From an uncultured Clostridia bacterium (GTDB taxonomy: Bacteria > Bacillota > Clostridia > TANB77 > CAG-508): a stretch of DNA of 64,000 bases. The translations under genes were made by a program, and so were the position numbers. The notes under the pieces are model-generated. The model searched no databases. It was not told the origin of the DNA and saw only the letters and a list, made by a program, of their open reading frames with translations. Location of the stretch: positions 1,330 through 65,329 of the forward strand of contig CAKOWE010000005.1 in the NCBI GenBank assembly GCA_934122235.1. Reading direction: 5' to 3'. Shown piece by piece: positions 47,594 through 56,098 of the stretch (the first letter of the stretch is position 1; each line of letters starts with the position of its first letter).

Positions 47594-48941
47594 TTAAATT
47601 TGCATTATCATTACAGCAACATTAAAGAATATTAATACAGAACACGTATCAACTACAGTAGTTATTAAAGGTGCTGCCATAATTGCTGGATCTAATTTTA
47701 ATTTTTTTGCAAGTATTGGCAATATACAACCTAATGTTTTAGAAAGAATAACAGTAGCCATTAATGTTACGCCTACAGTTACCGCCAAGCTAACATCATG
47801 ATATTGTATAACTATCCTAATAGCATTAATTACTGCTAGCAATACTCCTACAATCAAAGCAACTCTTATCTCTTTCCATAAAGCTCTCCAAAAATCCTTC
47901 AATTTTATTTCTTCCATTGCAAGTCCACGTATTATTAATGTAGATGTTTGTGAACCACAATTTCCACCAGTATCCATAATCATCGGTATAAAAGAAACAA
48001 GAATTGGAACTGCAGCAAAAGCATTTTCATAATTAGTAATTATACCTCCAGTTATCATTGCAGAAAACATAAGTAAAAGTAGCCAAATTATTCTATGTTT
48101 TGCGTGTGCAAATACAGAGGTTTTAAAATAGCTATCATCTGTTGGAGTAATAGCAGCCATTTTTGCAAAATCCTCTGTGTTTTCATCCTGGATTACATCT
48201 ATAGCATCATCTATTGTAATAATTCCTACTAATCTGTTCTCCATATCAACAACAGGTAAAACAATAATATCATATTTATCAAAAGTTCTAGCAACTACTT
48301 CTTTATCTTCTAAAGTATTTACAGATATTATATTTGTATCCATTATGTCTTTTATTAATTTATCATCATCAGCTAAAAGCAAGTCTTTTGCTGTAACAAC
48401 ACCAATTAACTTTCTGCTCATATTTAATACATAACAAGTATATATTGTTTCTTTATCTATTCCTATTTTTTTTACTTTCTTCAATGCCTGTTCTACCGTC
48501 ATATTTTCTTTTAAGTCTACAAACTCATTGGTCATAATACTTCCGTGCACTATCTGATGGATAATTTAAAAATTCATTTACTATTTTTCTTTCTTCTGGA
48601 GTAATTGTTCTTAATATTCTTTTTACAACATTCGATGGCATTTCTTCAATCAAATCAACTGTATCATCTAAAAACAATTCATTTACAACTTCTTTAAGTT
48701 CTTTATCTGTTAATGACGAAATTAATTTTTCTTGTAATTCTGGTTCCATATATGAAAAAACTTCTGCCGCCTGGTCTTTAGCTAATAGTCTAAAAGTTAA
48801 TATCATATTTTCTGCCGAAAGTTCATTTAATAATGACGACAAATCTGTACTATTCATATCCTCTAAAAATTTTCTTAAATCCCCAAATCTTTTGTTATTT
48901 AATAGTTCAATAATTTTTTCTTGTACATCATTATTTTCCAT
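47594..48941 (-). CDS. mgtE: Magnesium transporter MgtE, with a +1 frame change at an in-frame CGG between the N-domain and the CBS domains
   Basis: MENNDVQEKIIELL.. ..IVNEFLNYPSDSA then CGG. The +1 frame gives GSIMTNEFVDLKENMTVEQAL.. (CBS pair plus a 5-TM domain). The track splits this gene into 48525-48950 and 47594-48550. Confidence 0.9.
48543..48545 (-). other. In-frame CGG at the +1 frame-change site in mgtE
   Basis: Coding sense: agt gca CGG aag tat tat gac caa tga (0 frame), against gca c GGA AGT ATT ATG ACC AAT GAG (+1 frame; conserved ..SAGSIMT..). Confidence 0.9.
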
Positions 48942-49099
48942 TTTCAGCACCCCTTTTATATTATAAATCTTAAAGGCACGGCTTTTCCGTGTCTTTATAA
49001 ATTTATATTTTCCTATTTTACTAGCAAATTATATAATATTCGCCTACCTTATAAGTCAAATTTTTACTATATTTATTATAATATTATTAATTTCGTAAC

Positions 49100-49128
49100 T
49101 TGTCAATACTTTTAATATATGCTATACT
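49100..49128 (+). promoter_or_regulatory. Sigma-A-type promoter, TTGTCA-17-TATACT
   Basis: 17-nt spacer. The -35 is back-to-back with a minus-sense TTGACA that could serve mgtE. Confidence 0.45.
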
Positions 49129-49227
49129 TTAATTATGAAGGTTATTCTATCTTCCGAGCTTACTTTTCGGGAGATATACCTCCCAAAATAAGCATCACTA
49201 TACTTGTTTCTTTAAGGAGGGTTCAGT

Positions 49228-49665
49228 ATGGCACCGTTTTTACTAGAAAAATACTATCAGGCTTTTGAAACACTTAGAGTTCTCCATCATAAGCCAGCAT
49301 CAACAACCTACAATCTTAATTGCACTAAGCAAAAATTAGCTGACGGAGCCTACAAGGATGAAGTGTCGGAATTTCTTGCCAAGTGCATTGCTCCTGCTAT
49401 CGAAGCAAAAATCACCGCATACTTGAAGTCAAAAGACATAAAGTCGACTTATGTTGATGAATTCAGTGTGCACTGCACTATCGCCAATGACAACACTGTA
49501 ACACTTGAAGATTCTAGTAATTCAACGTTTCGGTTTGTAGAAGCAACAGATAGAAAAACATTGTTCAAATATCTTAGGATTTTGGCAAAAGAAAATTACT
49601 ATCTGACAATTTCTCACAAAAAGCGCAATAGTCTGGAGTCAATAACAGTTTTCATCAAATTTTAA
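49228..49665 (+). CDS. Hypothetical protein (145 aa), orphan, GC-richer than its surroundings
   Basis: AAGGAGGG RBS, its own promoter and terminator. A 60-nt 5' sample is about 35% GC. No family recognised. In-frame CGG at 49531-49533. Confidence 0.55.
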   Translation: MAPFLLEKYYQAFETLRVLHHKPASTTYNLNCTKQKLADGAYKDEVSEFLAKCIAPAIEAKITAYLKSKDIKSTYVDEFSVHCTIANDNTVTLEDSSNSTFRFVEATDRKTLFKYLRILAKENYYLTISHKKRNSLESITVFIKF

Positions 49666-49678
49666 GGTGTCATTGAAC

Positions 49679-49706
49679 AAAATCTCAAGCTGTAGCTTGA
49701 GATTTT
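49679..49706. terminator. Bidirectional rho-independent terminator
   Basis: aaaatctcaagc-tgta-gcttgagatttt. Confidence 0.7.
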
Positions 49707-49709
49707 GCT

Positions 49710-50357
49710 TTAATCTTTCGATTTCATCAAAATTAATATTCCCTTTTTTATTTTTATTTTACCTATATTGTCTATTATTTCATTGCTTACTCCTATACTA
49801 TGTCCAATCTCTAAAGTTGCATTTTTTAAGGGGTATTTAAACCCTTCTAATGTAATTCCTGTCGTTTTCGTAGTTAATGGAAATAGTGATACATATTTAT
49901 ATATAGATTTTTCAACCTCACTTATTCCCTTACTTATCAACTCTATTTCATTGTTTTTGTCTAATATTATGCATCTTATTTTATTATCTAGCATTTCCTT
50001 TAGCACATGTATATTTGCAATAGCATGATCCATTCTATTACCTAAAGCTCCAACTATGCATACATATTCACTTTTTAATTCTATTGCCGATTTTAAAGCC
50101 ATATGGGTATCTGAGAAATCCTTTTCGCTATTTAATTTTACAATTTTTATACCCTGTTTTTCATACCTTTCTAGAATCTTTTTATTAACAGAATCAAAAT
50201 CTCCTATTATTAGATTTGGCACTATATTTAATTTTTCGACAGCTTCAAGTCCCTTGTCTACAGCTATAACATTGTTAAATTTACCATTTTTATAGGCATT
50301 AATTAATACTTCGTAGTCAATTGCTCCTCCAGTTATTATCAATGTTTTATTCATCAT
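49710..50357 (-). CDS. Thiamine pyrophosphokinase
   Basis: ..LIIGDFDS.. ..GALGNRMDHAIANI.. with a C-terminal thiamine-binding beta domain. Confidence 0.8.
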   Translation of the reverse strand: MMNKTLIITGGAIDYEVLINAYKNGKFNNVIAVDKGLEAVEKLNIVPNLIIGDFDSVNKKILERYEKQGIKIVKLNSEKDFSDTHMALKSAIELKSEYVCIVGALGNRMDHAIANIHVLKEMLDNKIRCIILDKNNEIELISKGISEVEKSIYKYVSLFPLTTKTTGITLEGFKYPLKNATLEIGHSIGVSNEIIDNIGKIKIKKGILILMKSKD

Positions 50358-50840
50358 CTATCCTTCTTCTTTTTCAAATTGTTTTCTTTTCAAATGTGAA
50401 AAGTTTCCATCATCATATATAATGCCGTTCTCTATACATTTTATTACTTGTTTTATCTTTTCTATTGTATTATCTGGTAAGTTATTTAAAGCAAACCATC
50501 TTAAATCATCACAAGTATCCTTCTCCATTATTTGAGGAGTTCCTTCAAATGTTTGAGTAGAAAAAAACACATTTATATATCCTTCTTGATATGGATGCAA
50601 AATAGAAATCAGCTGTAAATCTTTTTCATCTATAATTATACCTAATTCTTCTTTTGCTTCCCTAACTACAGCAGTTGATATTGACTCACCACTTTCTAAA
50701 TGTCCACTACACGCCATATCATATTTGCCATCCATATATCCAGTATTGCATCTTCTTTGAAGCATAATTTCTGTACCATTATCTGTTTCCCTTGTCAAAA
50801 CTAAGAATACAGCAACTTTAATTTCATATCGTTCTTTCAT
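50358..50840 (-). CDS. NUDIX hydrolase
   Basis: Nudix box GHLESGESISTAVVREAKEELGI. Confidence 0.85.
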   Translation of the reverse strand: MKERYEIKVAVFLVLTRETDNGTEIMLQRRCNTGYMDGKYDMACSGHLESGESISTAVVREAKEELGIIIDEKDLQLISILHPYQEGYINVFFSTQTFEGTPQIMEKDTCDDLRWFALNNLPDNTIEKIKQVIKCIENGIIYDDGNFSHLKRKQFEKEEG

Positions 50841-51007
50841 TTTACTTTTTCCTCCTATTCTTTAATATAATATCATCATTATTTGTTTTTTACAATAAAT
50901 ATTTTTTATAGATTATTATAAAAAGTTATTGCTACTTTAATAATCAATCTTTGGCTTACTAATTTTATTTTTGCTCTATTTACTTTTTGCTCTATTTAAG
51001 CAAAAAA

Positions 51008-51034
51008 ATACACATAACAAAAGTTATGTGTATT
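51008..51034 (-). terminator. Rho-independent terminator after the tRNA pair
   Basis: atacacataac-aaaa-gttatgtgtat plus a T-run (minus sense). Confidence 0.6.
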
Positions 51035-51120
51035 TGGTGGGCAGGGATGGATTCGAACCATCGTACTCAAATGAGAACAGATTTACAGTCTGCCGCCTTT
51101 AGCCACTCGGCCACCTACCC
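51035..51120 (-). tRNA. tRNA-Tyr (anticodon GTA), long variable arm, CCA encoded
   Basis: The reverse complement folds as GGGTAGG/..CAGACTGTAAATCTG../variable arm/GGTTCGAATCC/CCTGCCCACCA; 86 nt. Confidence 0.9.
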
Positions 51121-51146
51121 ATATATATTAAATTTTCAAAAAAAAA

Positions 51147-51223
51147 TGGTGCGCCCTCAAGGATTCGAACCTTGGACCCACCGGTTATGAGCCGGTTGCT
51201 CTGACCAACTGAGCTAAGGGCGC
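51147..51223 (-). tRNA. tRNA with anticodon CAT (elongator Met, or lysidine-modified Ile2; not an initiator), CCA encoded
   Basis: GCGCCCTTAGCTCAGTTGGTCAGAGCAACCGGCTCATAACCGGTGGGTCCAAGGTTCGAATCCTTGAGGGCGCACCA. It has a G1-C72 pair and no GGG/CCC anticodon stem. Confidence 0.85.
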
Positions 51224-51243
51224 ATCTCTCAACTGCATGACTT

Positions 51244-51272
51244 AGTATAATACATTTTTAATTTCTTGTCAA
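51244..51272 (-). promoter_or_regulatory. Sigma-A promoter for the tRNA pair, TTGACA-17-TATACT
   Basis: Minus sense reads TTGACAagaaattaaaaatgtatTATACT, about 20 nt upstream of the tRNA 5' end. Confidence 0.55.
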
Positions 51273-51379
51273 TACATTTTTTAAATTTTTTTGATTTTTT
51301 ATTTTACTTATTTATAAAGCTTACAATAGGACATGTTTCAAGAAATTTATGTCCTATTGTAAATTATATATTTAAAATA

Positions 51380-51868
51380 TTATTTTTTTACATACGTTAT
51401 AAATTCATAATCATATGGATTTTCTTCATTTGTTGTTCCTTTTTCTTGTTCTATAATTTTCCACTCTTCTTCTTTTAACTTTGGAAAGAACGCATCTCCT
51501 ATAAAATCTTTATGAATTCTTGTTAAATATACTTTATTTGTATTTTTAAGCAATAAATTATATATCATTGCTCCACCTATAACAAAGTTTTCTTCATCTG
51601 AATTAATATATTCTGATAATTCTGATACATCATGTATTATTTTTACATTTTCATCATCACATTTCAAATTCGTATCATGTGTTAATACTATATGTTTTCT
51701 ATTAGGCAATACTCTTCCTAACGAATCAAAAGTTTTTCTCCCCATTATTATTGTTTTTCCTAAAGTTATTTCTTTAAATCTTTTTAAATCTTCTGGCAAA
51801 TGCCATAGTAATTTATTATCCTTTCCTATAACATTTCCATTTGCACATGCAACTATCATGCTTAACAT
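51380..51868 (-). CDS. folA: Dihydrofolate reductase
   Basis: ..IVACANGNVIGKDNKLLWHLPEDLKRFKEITLGKTIIMGRKTFDSLG. Confidence 0.9.
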   Translation of the reverse strand: MLSMIVACANGNVIGKDNKLLWHLPEDLKRFKEITLGKTIIMGRKTFDSLGRVLPNRKHIVLTHDTNLKCDDENVKIIHDVSELSEYINSDEENFVIGGAMIYNLLLKNTNKVYLTRIHKDFIGDAFFPKLKEEEWKIIEQEKGTTNEENPYDYEFITYVKK

Positions 51869-51882
51869 CAATATCACCTCTT

Positions 51883-52674
51883 TTAAACTGCAACATCCAT
51901 TTGTATTTTACCTAAATGATTATAATCTATTAACTTTATGTCATCTGGTGTAAAATCATAAAAATTCTTTATTTCAGGATTTATCCATAATTTTGGAGCA
52001 GGTAAAGCTTGTTCTCTTCTAGACAATTGTATTTTCATTCCTTCTACTTGATTTTCATATATATGTGCATTACTAATACATACAGTTAGCAAACCAGGTT
52101 TTAATCCTGTTACTTGCGCCAATAAATGTACAAATACAGAATATTGTACAACATTAAATGGATGACCTAATGGAATATCGTTTGATCTAATTGTTAATAA
52201 ACAATTTAATTTTCCGTTTGTAACATCCCAACAACTATTAAATACACATGGATACAAAGCACCTGTATCTAGATATGGTATCTGCCACAAATTTATTACC
52301 ATTCTTCTATCTTGTGGATTATTTTTTAGCTTTTCTATTAATTTATCCACCTGTTTGTATTCTTTAACAATCCATCCATAAGATGTTCCTATTGTTCCAT
52401 CTTCCATTTCCCATTCGTCCCATATATGCACATTTTGTTCATGTAAATCACTTATTTTATTAGATTGTTTTTGAAATATCCACAATAACTCTTTTACAGC
52501 AACACCAAACGCTACATATTTTGTTGTTAATATTGGGAATTCTTCTTCAAGATTAAATTGTAATATTTGATGTGGAAGCTTATATGTAGCTATTCCGGTT
52601 CTGTTTTGGTCATAATAACCATTCTTTAATATATTATCTACCATGTCTAAATAAATTTCATCATATTTGCTCAT
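51883..52674 (-). CDS. thyA: Thymidylate synthase (ThyA type)
   Basis: ..[10 protein letters not shown].. ..[12 protein letters not shown].. ..[16 protein letters not shown]. An AAGGAG RBS precedes the ATG at 52674. Confidence 0.9.
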   Translation of the reverse strand: MSKYDEIYLDMVDNILKNGYYDQNRTGIATYKLPHQILQFNLEEEFPILTTKYVAFGVAVKELLWIFQKQSNKISDLHEQNVHIWDEWEMEDGTIGTSYGWIVKEYKQVDKLIEKLKNNPQDRRMVINLWQIPYLDTGALYPCVFNSCWDVTNGKLNCLLTIRSNDIPLGHPFNVVQYSVFVHLLAQVTGLKPGLLTVCISNAHIYENQVEGMKIQLSRREQALPAPKLWINPEIKNFYDFTPDDIKLIDYNHLGKIQMDVAV

Positions 52675-52751
52675 TAACTTTCTCCTTATCATTTTAAATT
52701 TTATTCTTTATGTAAAAAAGAAGGGCTATTTGCTTAAAGCCCTTCTTAAAA

Positions 52752-53582
52752 TTAATTGTTATCTCCTCTACCTTCAGGAAGTGCTGGAACATCAATTCTA
52801 ATTCTTATTTTTGTTATATTTCTAATAATTCTAGCAAATTTTGTGTTTTTAAATCTCTGCCATAATGATGGTTTTACATCAACTCTTGTATCAGCTAAAT
52901 AACTAGCTTCTTCTACTGATACAGCTGGCGTTTCTTCTATTGAATTTTGAGTAGGTGCTGGAATTTCTTTTAATGCTTCTGCTACTTCGATTCCTATATA
53001 ACTTAAAGCTTTTGATCTATCTTCTATTCTTTCCATATCTATTTCAATATGTAAATTGCTTTCTAAGTTTGCTATTCTAGCATTAACTAATTTTACTGAA
53101 TTAGTATAATTTTCTGATTTATCTGTTTTACTTCTTCCTATTGTATTTAATGCTCCTATAATATCTTCAGATACTTCTTCTGATATTCCTTTTACATTAT
53201 CTTTCCACTCTTTATCTTTATTTTGTACAGATTCTAATACAGTTTTTAATTTAGCAGCTAGACATATATTGCTTTCTCTTTGACGAATTAATTCTTCAAT
53301 TTGTTTTGTATTTTCCTCAAATTGATTTGTTGCATATTCTACAAGTTCATATGCAGCTTTATATACTGATGATGGGAAATTCTTTTTCTTAGGATATTCT
53401 GTTAAATATGTTTTTATTGAACCAATTAAATCCTTAAAGAATGCATCATCTTCTAATTGGATTATTTGTTTTTTACTATTTGGATTTATCATTTTTTGAA
53501 CTTTGTCAATATTTGATAAAATCTTTTCTTCTGTGATTACCATTTTCACGTTTACTATGCCTGATTTTGAAAACAATGACAC
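52752..53582 (-). CDS. Hypothetical protein (coiled-coil rich)
   Basis: 276-aa ORF with an AAGGAGGGG RBS 7 nt before the GTG at 53582. No family recognised. Confidence 0.55.
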   Translation of the reverse strand: MSLFSKSGIVNVKMVITEEKILSNIDKVQKMINPNSKKQIIQLEDDAFFKDLIGSIKTYLTEYPKKKNFPSSVYKAAYELVEYATNQFEENTKQIEELIRQRESNICLAAKLKTVLESVQNKDKEWKDNVKGISEEVSEDIIGALNTIGRSKTDKSENYTNSVKLVNARIANLESNLHIEIDMERIEDRSKALSYIGIEVAEALKEIPAPTQNSIEETPAVSVEEASYLADTRVDVKPSLWQRFKNTKFARIIRNITKIRIRIDVPALPEGRGDNN

Positions 53583-53738
53583 GTAAACTCCCCTCCTTCG
53601 TCCTATGTTTTTCAGTATTCTTTAGTTATAATTATACAATTCTTTTCAAAATACTACAATAGGATTTTAAAAAAATTATTTTTCTTTTTCGTTACAATCA
53701 TATTACAACAATATTACAAAAGTCAAGCTTTTTTTACA

Positions 53739-55490
53739 TTATTTTTCACATTGTAATATTTTTTTCAATTCTTCATGTCTTTTTACTTTTTGCGTAGTTG
53801 TTTTTATAAGTTCTTCTTGGGTAAACATTGCTTCCCTAATATATTTATAAGCAGGCATTTTTTTGTTTACTTCTTTTATTTTCTCCCACAATTTTTTAGA
53901 AATTTCTTCTTCAGTTTCTATTCCGTACTCATCTTTCATTGCTTCTAAATCATAAACTATTTTTGCACACAATTTTAAATCAGCTTCATCAGTTTCTTCT
54001 GGTTTTCCGTAAACCATTGATTCTTTTATTCCTGGTATTCTTCCCAATAAAGTTTCTAATTCTTCCGGATAAATATTTTTACCGTTTTTCAATACTATTA
54101 CATCTTTTTTTCTTCCTGTTATAAATAAGTATCCTTGTTTATCTATATATCCTAAGTCGCCTGTATAAAACCAGCCATCCTTTAGTACTTCGTTTGTTGC
54201 CTCCTCATTCTCACAATATCCAAGCATTACATTAGGCCCTTTTGCAACAATTTCTCCTATTCCATGTTCATTTGGATTTTCTATTTTTATATCGACACTT
54301 GGAAAGACTTTTCCAACAGAGCCTATTTTTACATACTTGTCATTTTCTGCTGCAAGAACAGGTGAAGTTTCTGTTAAGCCATAACCTTGTAAAGTTCTAA
54401 AGCCAAGTTCATTGAACCCTTTTTCAACATTACCATCTAAAGCTGCCGCTCCATTAACAAACAATCTTACTTTTCCTCCAAGAGTATCATGTATTTCTTT
54501 AAATATTTTTTTCCTTACATCTATTTTAAATCTTAATAATAGGTTACTAATTTTTATTCCTTTTTTTACTTTTTCAAGTTTTCCCTTTTTTTCAATTCCT
54601 TTCATAACTTTTTTATACATATTTTCCAACAGAATTGGAACAGATATCATAGCCGTAACTTTATATTCCCTAATATTTTCAGCAATATGTCTTATACCTT
54701 CGCAATATGTAATACAAGCACCTTTATATAGTGGATACAAGAATCCAACCGTACATTCAAAAGTATGGTGTAATGGTAAAAATGATAGAAATACATCATT
54801 TTCATTTATTTCAATTACTGATGTTATATCCATTAAGTTTGCACATATATTTTTATGTGATAATGCTACCGCTTTTGACATTGCAGTTGTACCAGATGTA
54901 AATAGCATTATTCCCATATCTTCATTATCAATTTTGGCATCAACAAAACTTGTATCTCCCTTTTCTAATAATTCTTTTCCTTCATTTTTTAATTTATTTT
55001 CAGAATATACACCATTACCATGTTCTTCTAAATCCATTGATATAAAATATTTTAAATTTGTTTGATTTTCGTTTTGAATTTTCATCATTATTTCATCATA
55101 TTTATGAGAATAAAATATAGCTTCTACTTTAGAACGTTTAATTAAGTTTTTAATTTCATTTTCTGGTAATGATTTATCAAGAGGTACTACTATTCCTGTA
55201 CCAGCTGCTATAGCTAAGTAGGCAAGTGCCCATTCGTATCTATTTTCTGATATTACAGCTATCCTCTTACCTTTTAACCCCATATTAATTAATTTAGTAC
55301 CCAAACAATCTATTTCATATCTAAATTCTTTATGAGTCATTATGTTAAATTCATTTTCTTTACTAGTTTTAAATTTAAAAGCTGGTCTTTGACCATATAA
55401 CTCTCCAGATTTTTTTAGCATATCCTTTATATCATCAATTTGTATATAACTATGTAATCTTTTTCCACCCAATTTTATATCCCCCTTCAT
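53739..55490 (-). CDS. AMP-dependent synthetase/ligase (long-chain-fatty-acid-CoA ligase-like)
   Basis: ..MLFTSGTTAMSKAV.. ..GYGLTETS.. ..TGDLGYIDKQGYLFITGRKKD. Confidence 0.85.
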   Translation of the reverse strand: MKGDIKLGGKRLHSYIQIDDIKDMLKKSGELYGQRPAFKFKTSKENEFNIMTHKEFRYEIDCLGTKLINMGLKGKRIAVISENRYEWALAYLAIAAGTGIVVPLDKSLPENEIKNLIKRSKVEAIFYSHKYDEIMMKIQNENQTNLKYFISMDLEEHGNGVYSENKLKNEGKELLEKGDTSFVDAKIDNEDMGIMLFTSGTTAMSKAVALSHKNICANLMDITSVIEINENDVFLSFLPLHHTFECTVGFLYPLYKGACITYCEGIRHIAENIREYKVTAMISVPILLENMYKKVMKGIEKKGKLEKVKKGIKISNLLLRFKIDVRKKIFKEIHDTLGGKVRLFVNGAAALDGNVEKGFNELGFRTLQGYGLTETSPVLAAENDKYVKIGSVGKVFPSVDIKIENPNEHGIGEIVAKGPNVMLGYCENEEATNEVLKDGWFYTGDLGYIDKQGYLFITGRKKDVIVLKNGKNIYPEELETLLGRIPGIKESMVYGKPEETDEADLKLCAKIVYDLEAMKDEYGIETEEEISKKLWEKIKEVNKKMPAYKYIREAMFTQEELIKTTTQKVKRHEELKKILQCEK

Positions 55491-56053
55491 ACTTGTAATC
55501 CTCTTAAAATAGTTTTTTCATATTCCATATATATTTGTTTTATATCAATTGGTCTTTTTACTTTTAATTTGTATACTAAACTTGAACATGTTACTCCAAA
55601 TATTTCTGTTGCTATCATTTCTGGATCACCACTTACTATTTCTTTACTTTTTATGCCTTCTTTTACTATGTCTTCTATTATTTTTATATATTCAAACACA
55701 TATTTTTTGCAAATGTTATTTCTTGGCTCATTTCCCCATATTTGGCTAAGCAATATAGTCATAAAGTCTTCATATTTTAGCATTACTTTTATTTCTATTA
55801 GTATTACCGCTTTTAGTTTATCCATTGCTTTATTTAATTTTTGGGTTTTAATTTCTATACTATTTTTTAGTAATTTTACTCCTTCTTCTACTAAAAAATT
55901 AAATATCTCTTCTTTATTAGAAAAATGATAATACAAAGTTCCTTTTGCAACGCCAACCATAGAAGTTATTTCCTCAACGCTTGTTGCATCGTACCCTTTT
56001 TCTGCAAACAGTTTCATTGATGTCTCAAATATCTTCCTTTTAGTTTTGTTCAT
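55487..56053 (-). CDS. TetR/AcrR-family transcriptional regulator
   Basis: ..IFETSMKLFAEKGYDATSVEEITSMVGVAKGTLYYHF. The stop overlaps the ligase start. Confidence 0.85.
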   Translation of the reverse strand: MNKTKRKIFETSMKLFAEKGYDATSVEEITSMVGVAKGTLYYHFSNKEEIFNFLVEEGVKLLKNSIEIKTQKLNKAMDKLKAVILIEIKVMLKYEDFMTILLSQIWGNEPRNNICKKYVFEYIKIIEDIVKEGIKSKEIVSGDPEMIATEIFGVTCSSLVYKLKVKRPIDIKQIYMEYEKTILRGLQV

Positions 56054-56098
56054 TAAACACCTCTTAAAATAAAAATTAATTTTATTATACATTATTTA

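Noticed and set aside
48951-49130. An M-box (Mg) riboswitch upstream of mgtE, and a T-box or other leader upstream of asnB (59113-59242).
   Set aside because: I could not find the conserved M-box or T-box core sequences. Only a short imperfect hairpin (48974-49000) and generic AT-rich leader sequence are present.
50968-50999. The short tandem direct repeat TTTTGCTCTATTTA(c/a) x2, downstream of the tRNA terminator.
   Set aside because: There are only two copies of about 15 nt in an AT-rich spacer. I could not attach an associated structure or function to them.
50987-51190. A 67-aa plus-strand ORF.
   Set aside because: It runs antisense through the tRNA-Tyr and tRNA-Met genes, so the tRNAs explain the sequence.
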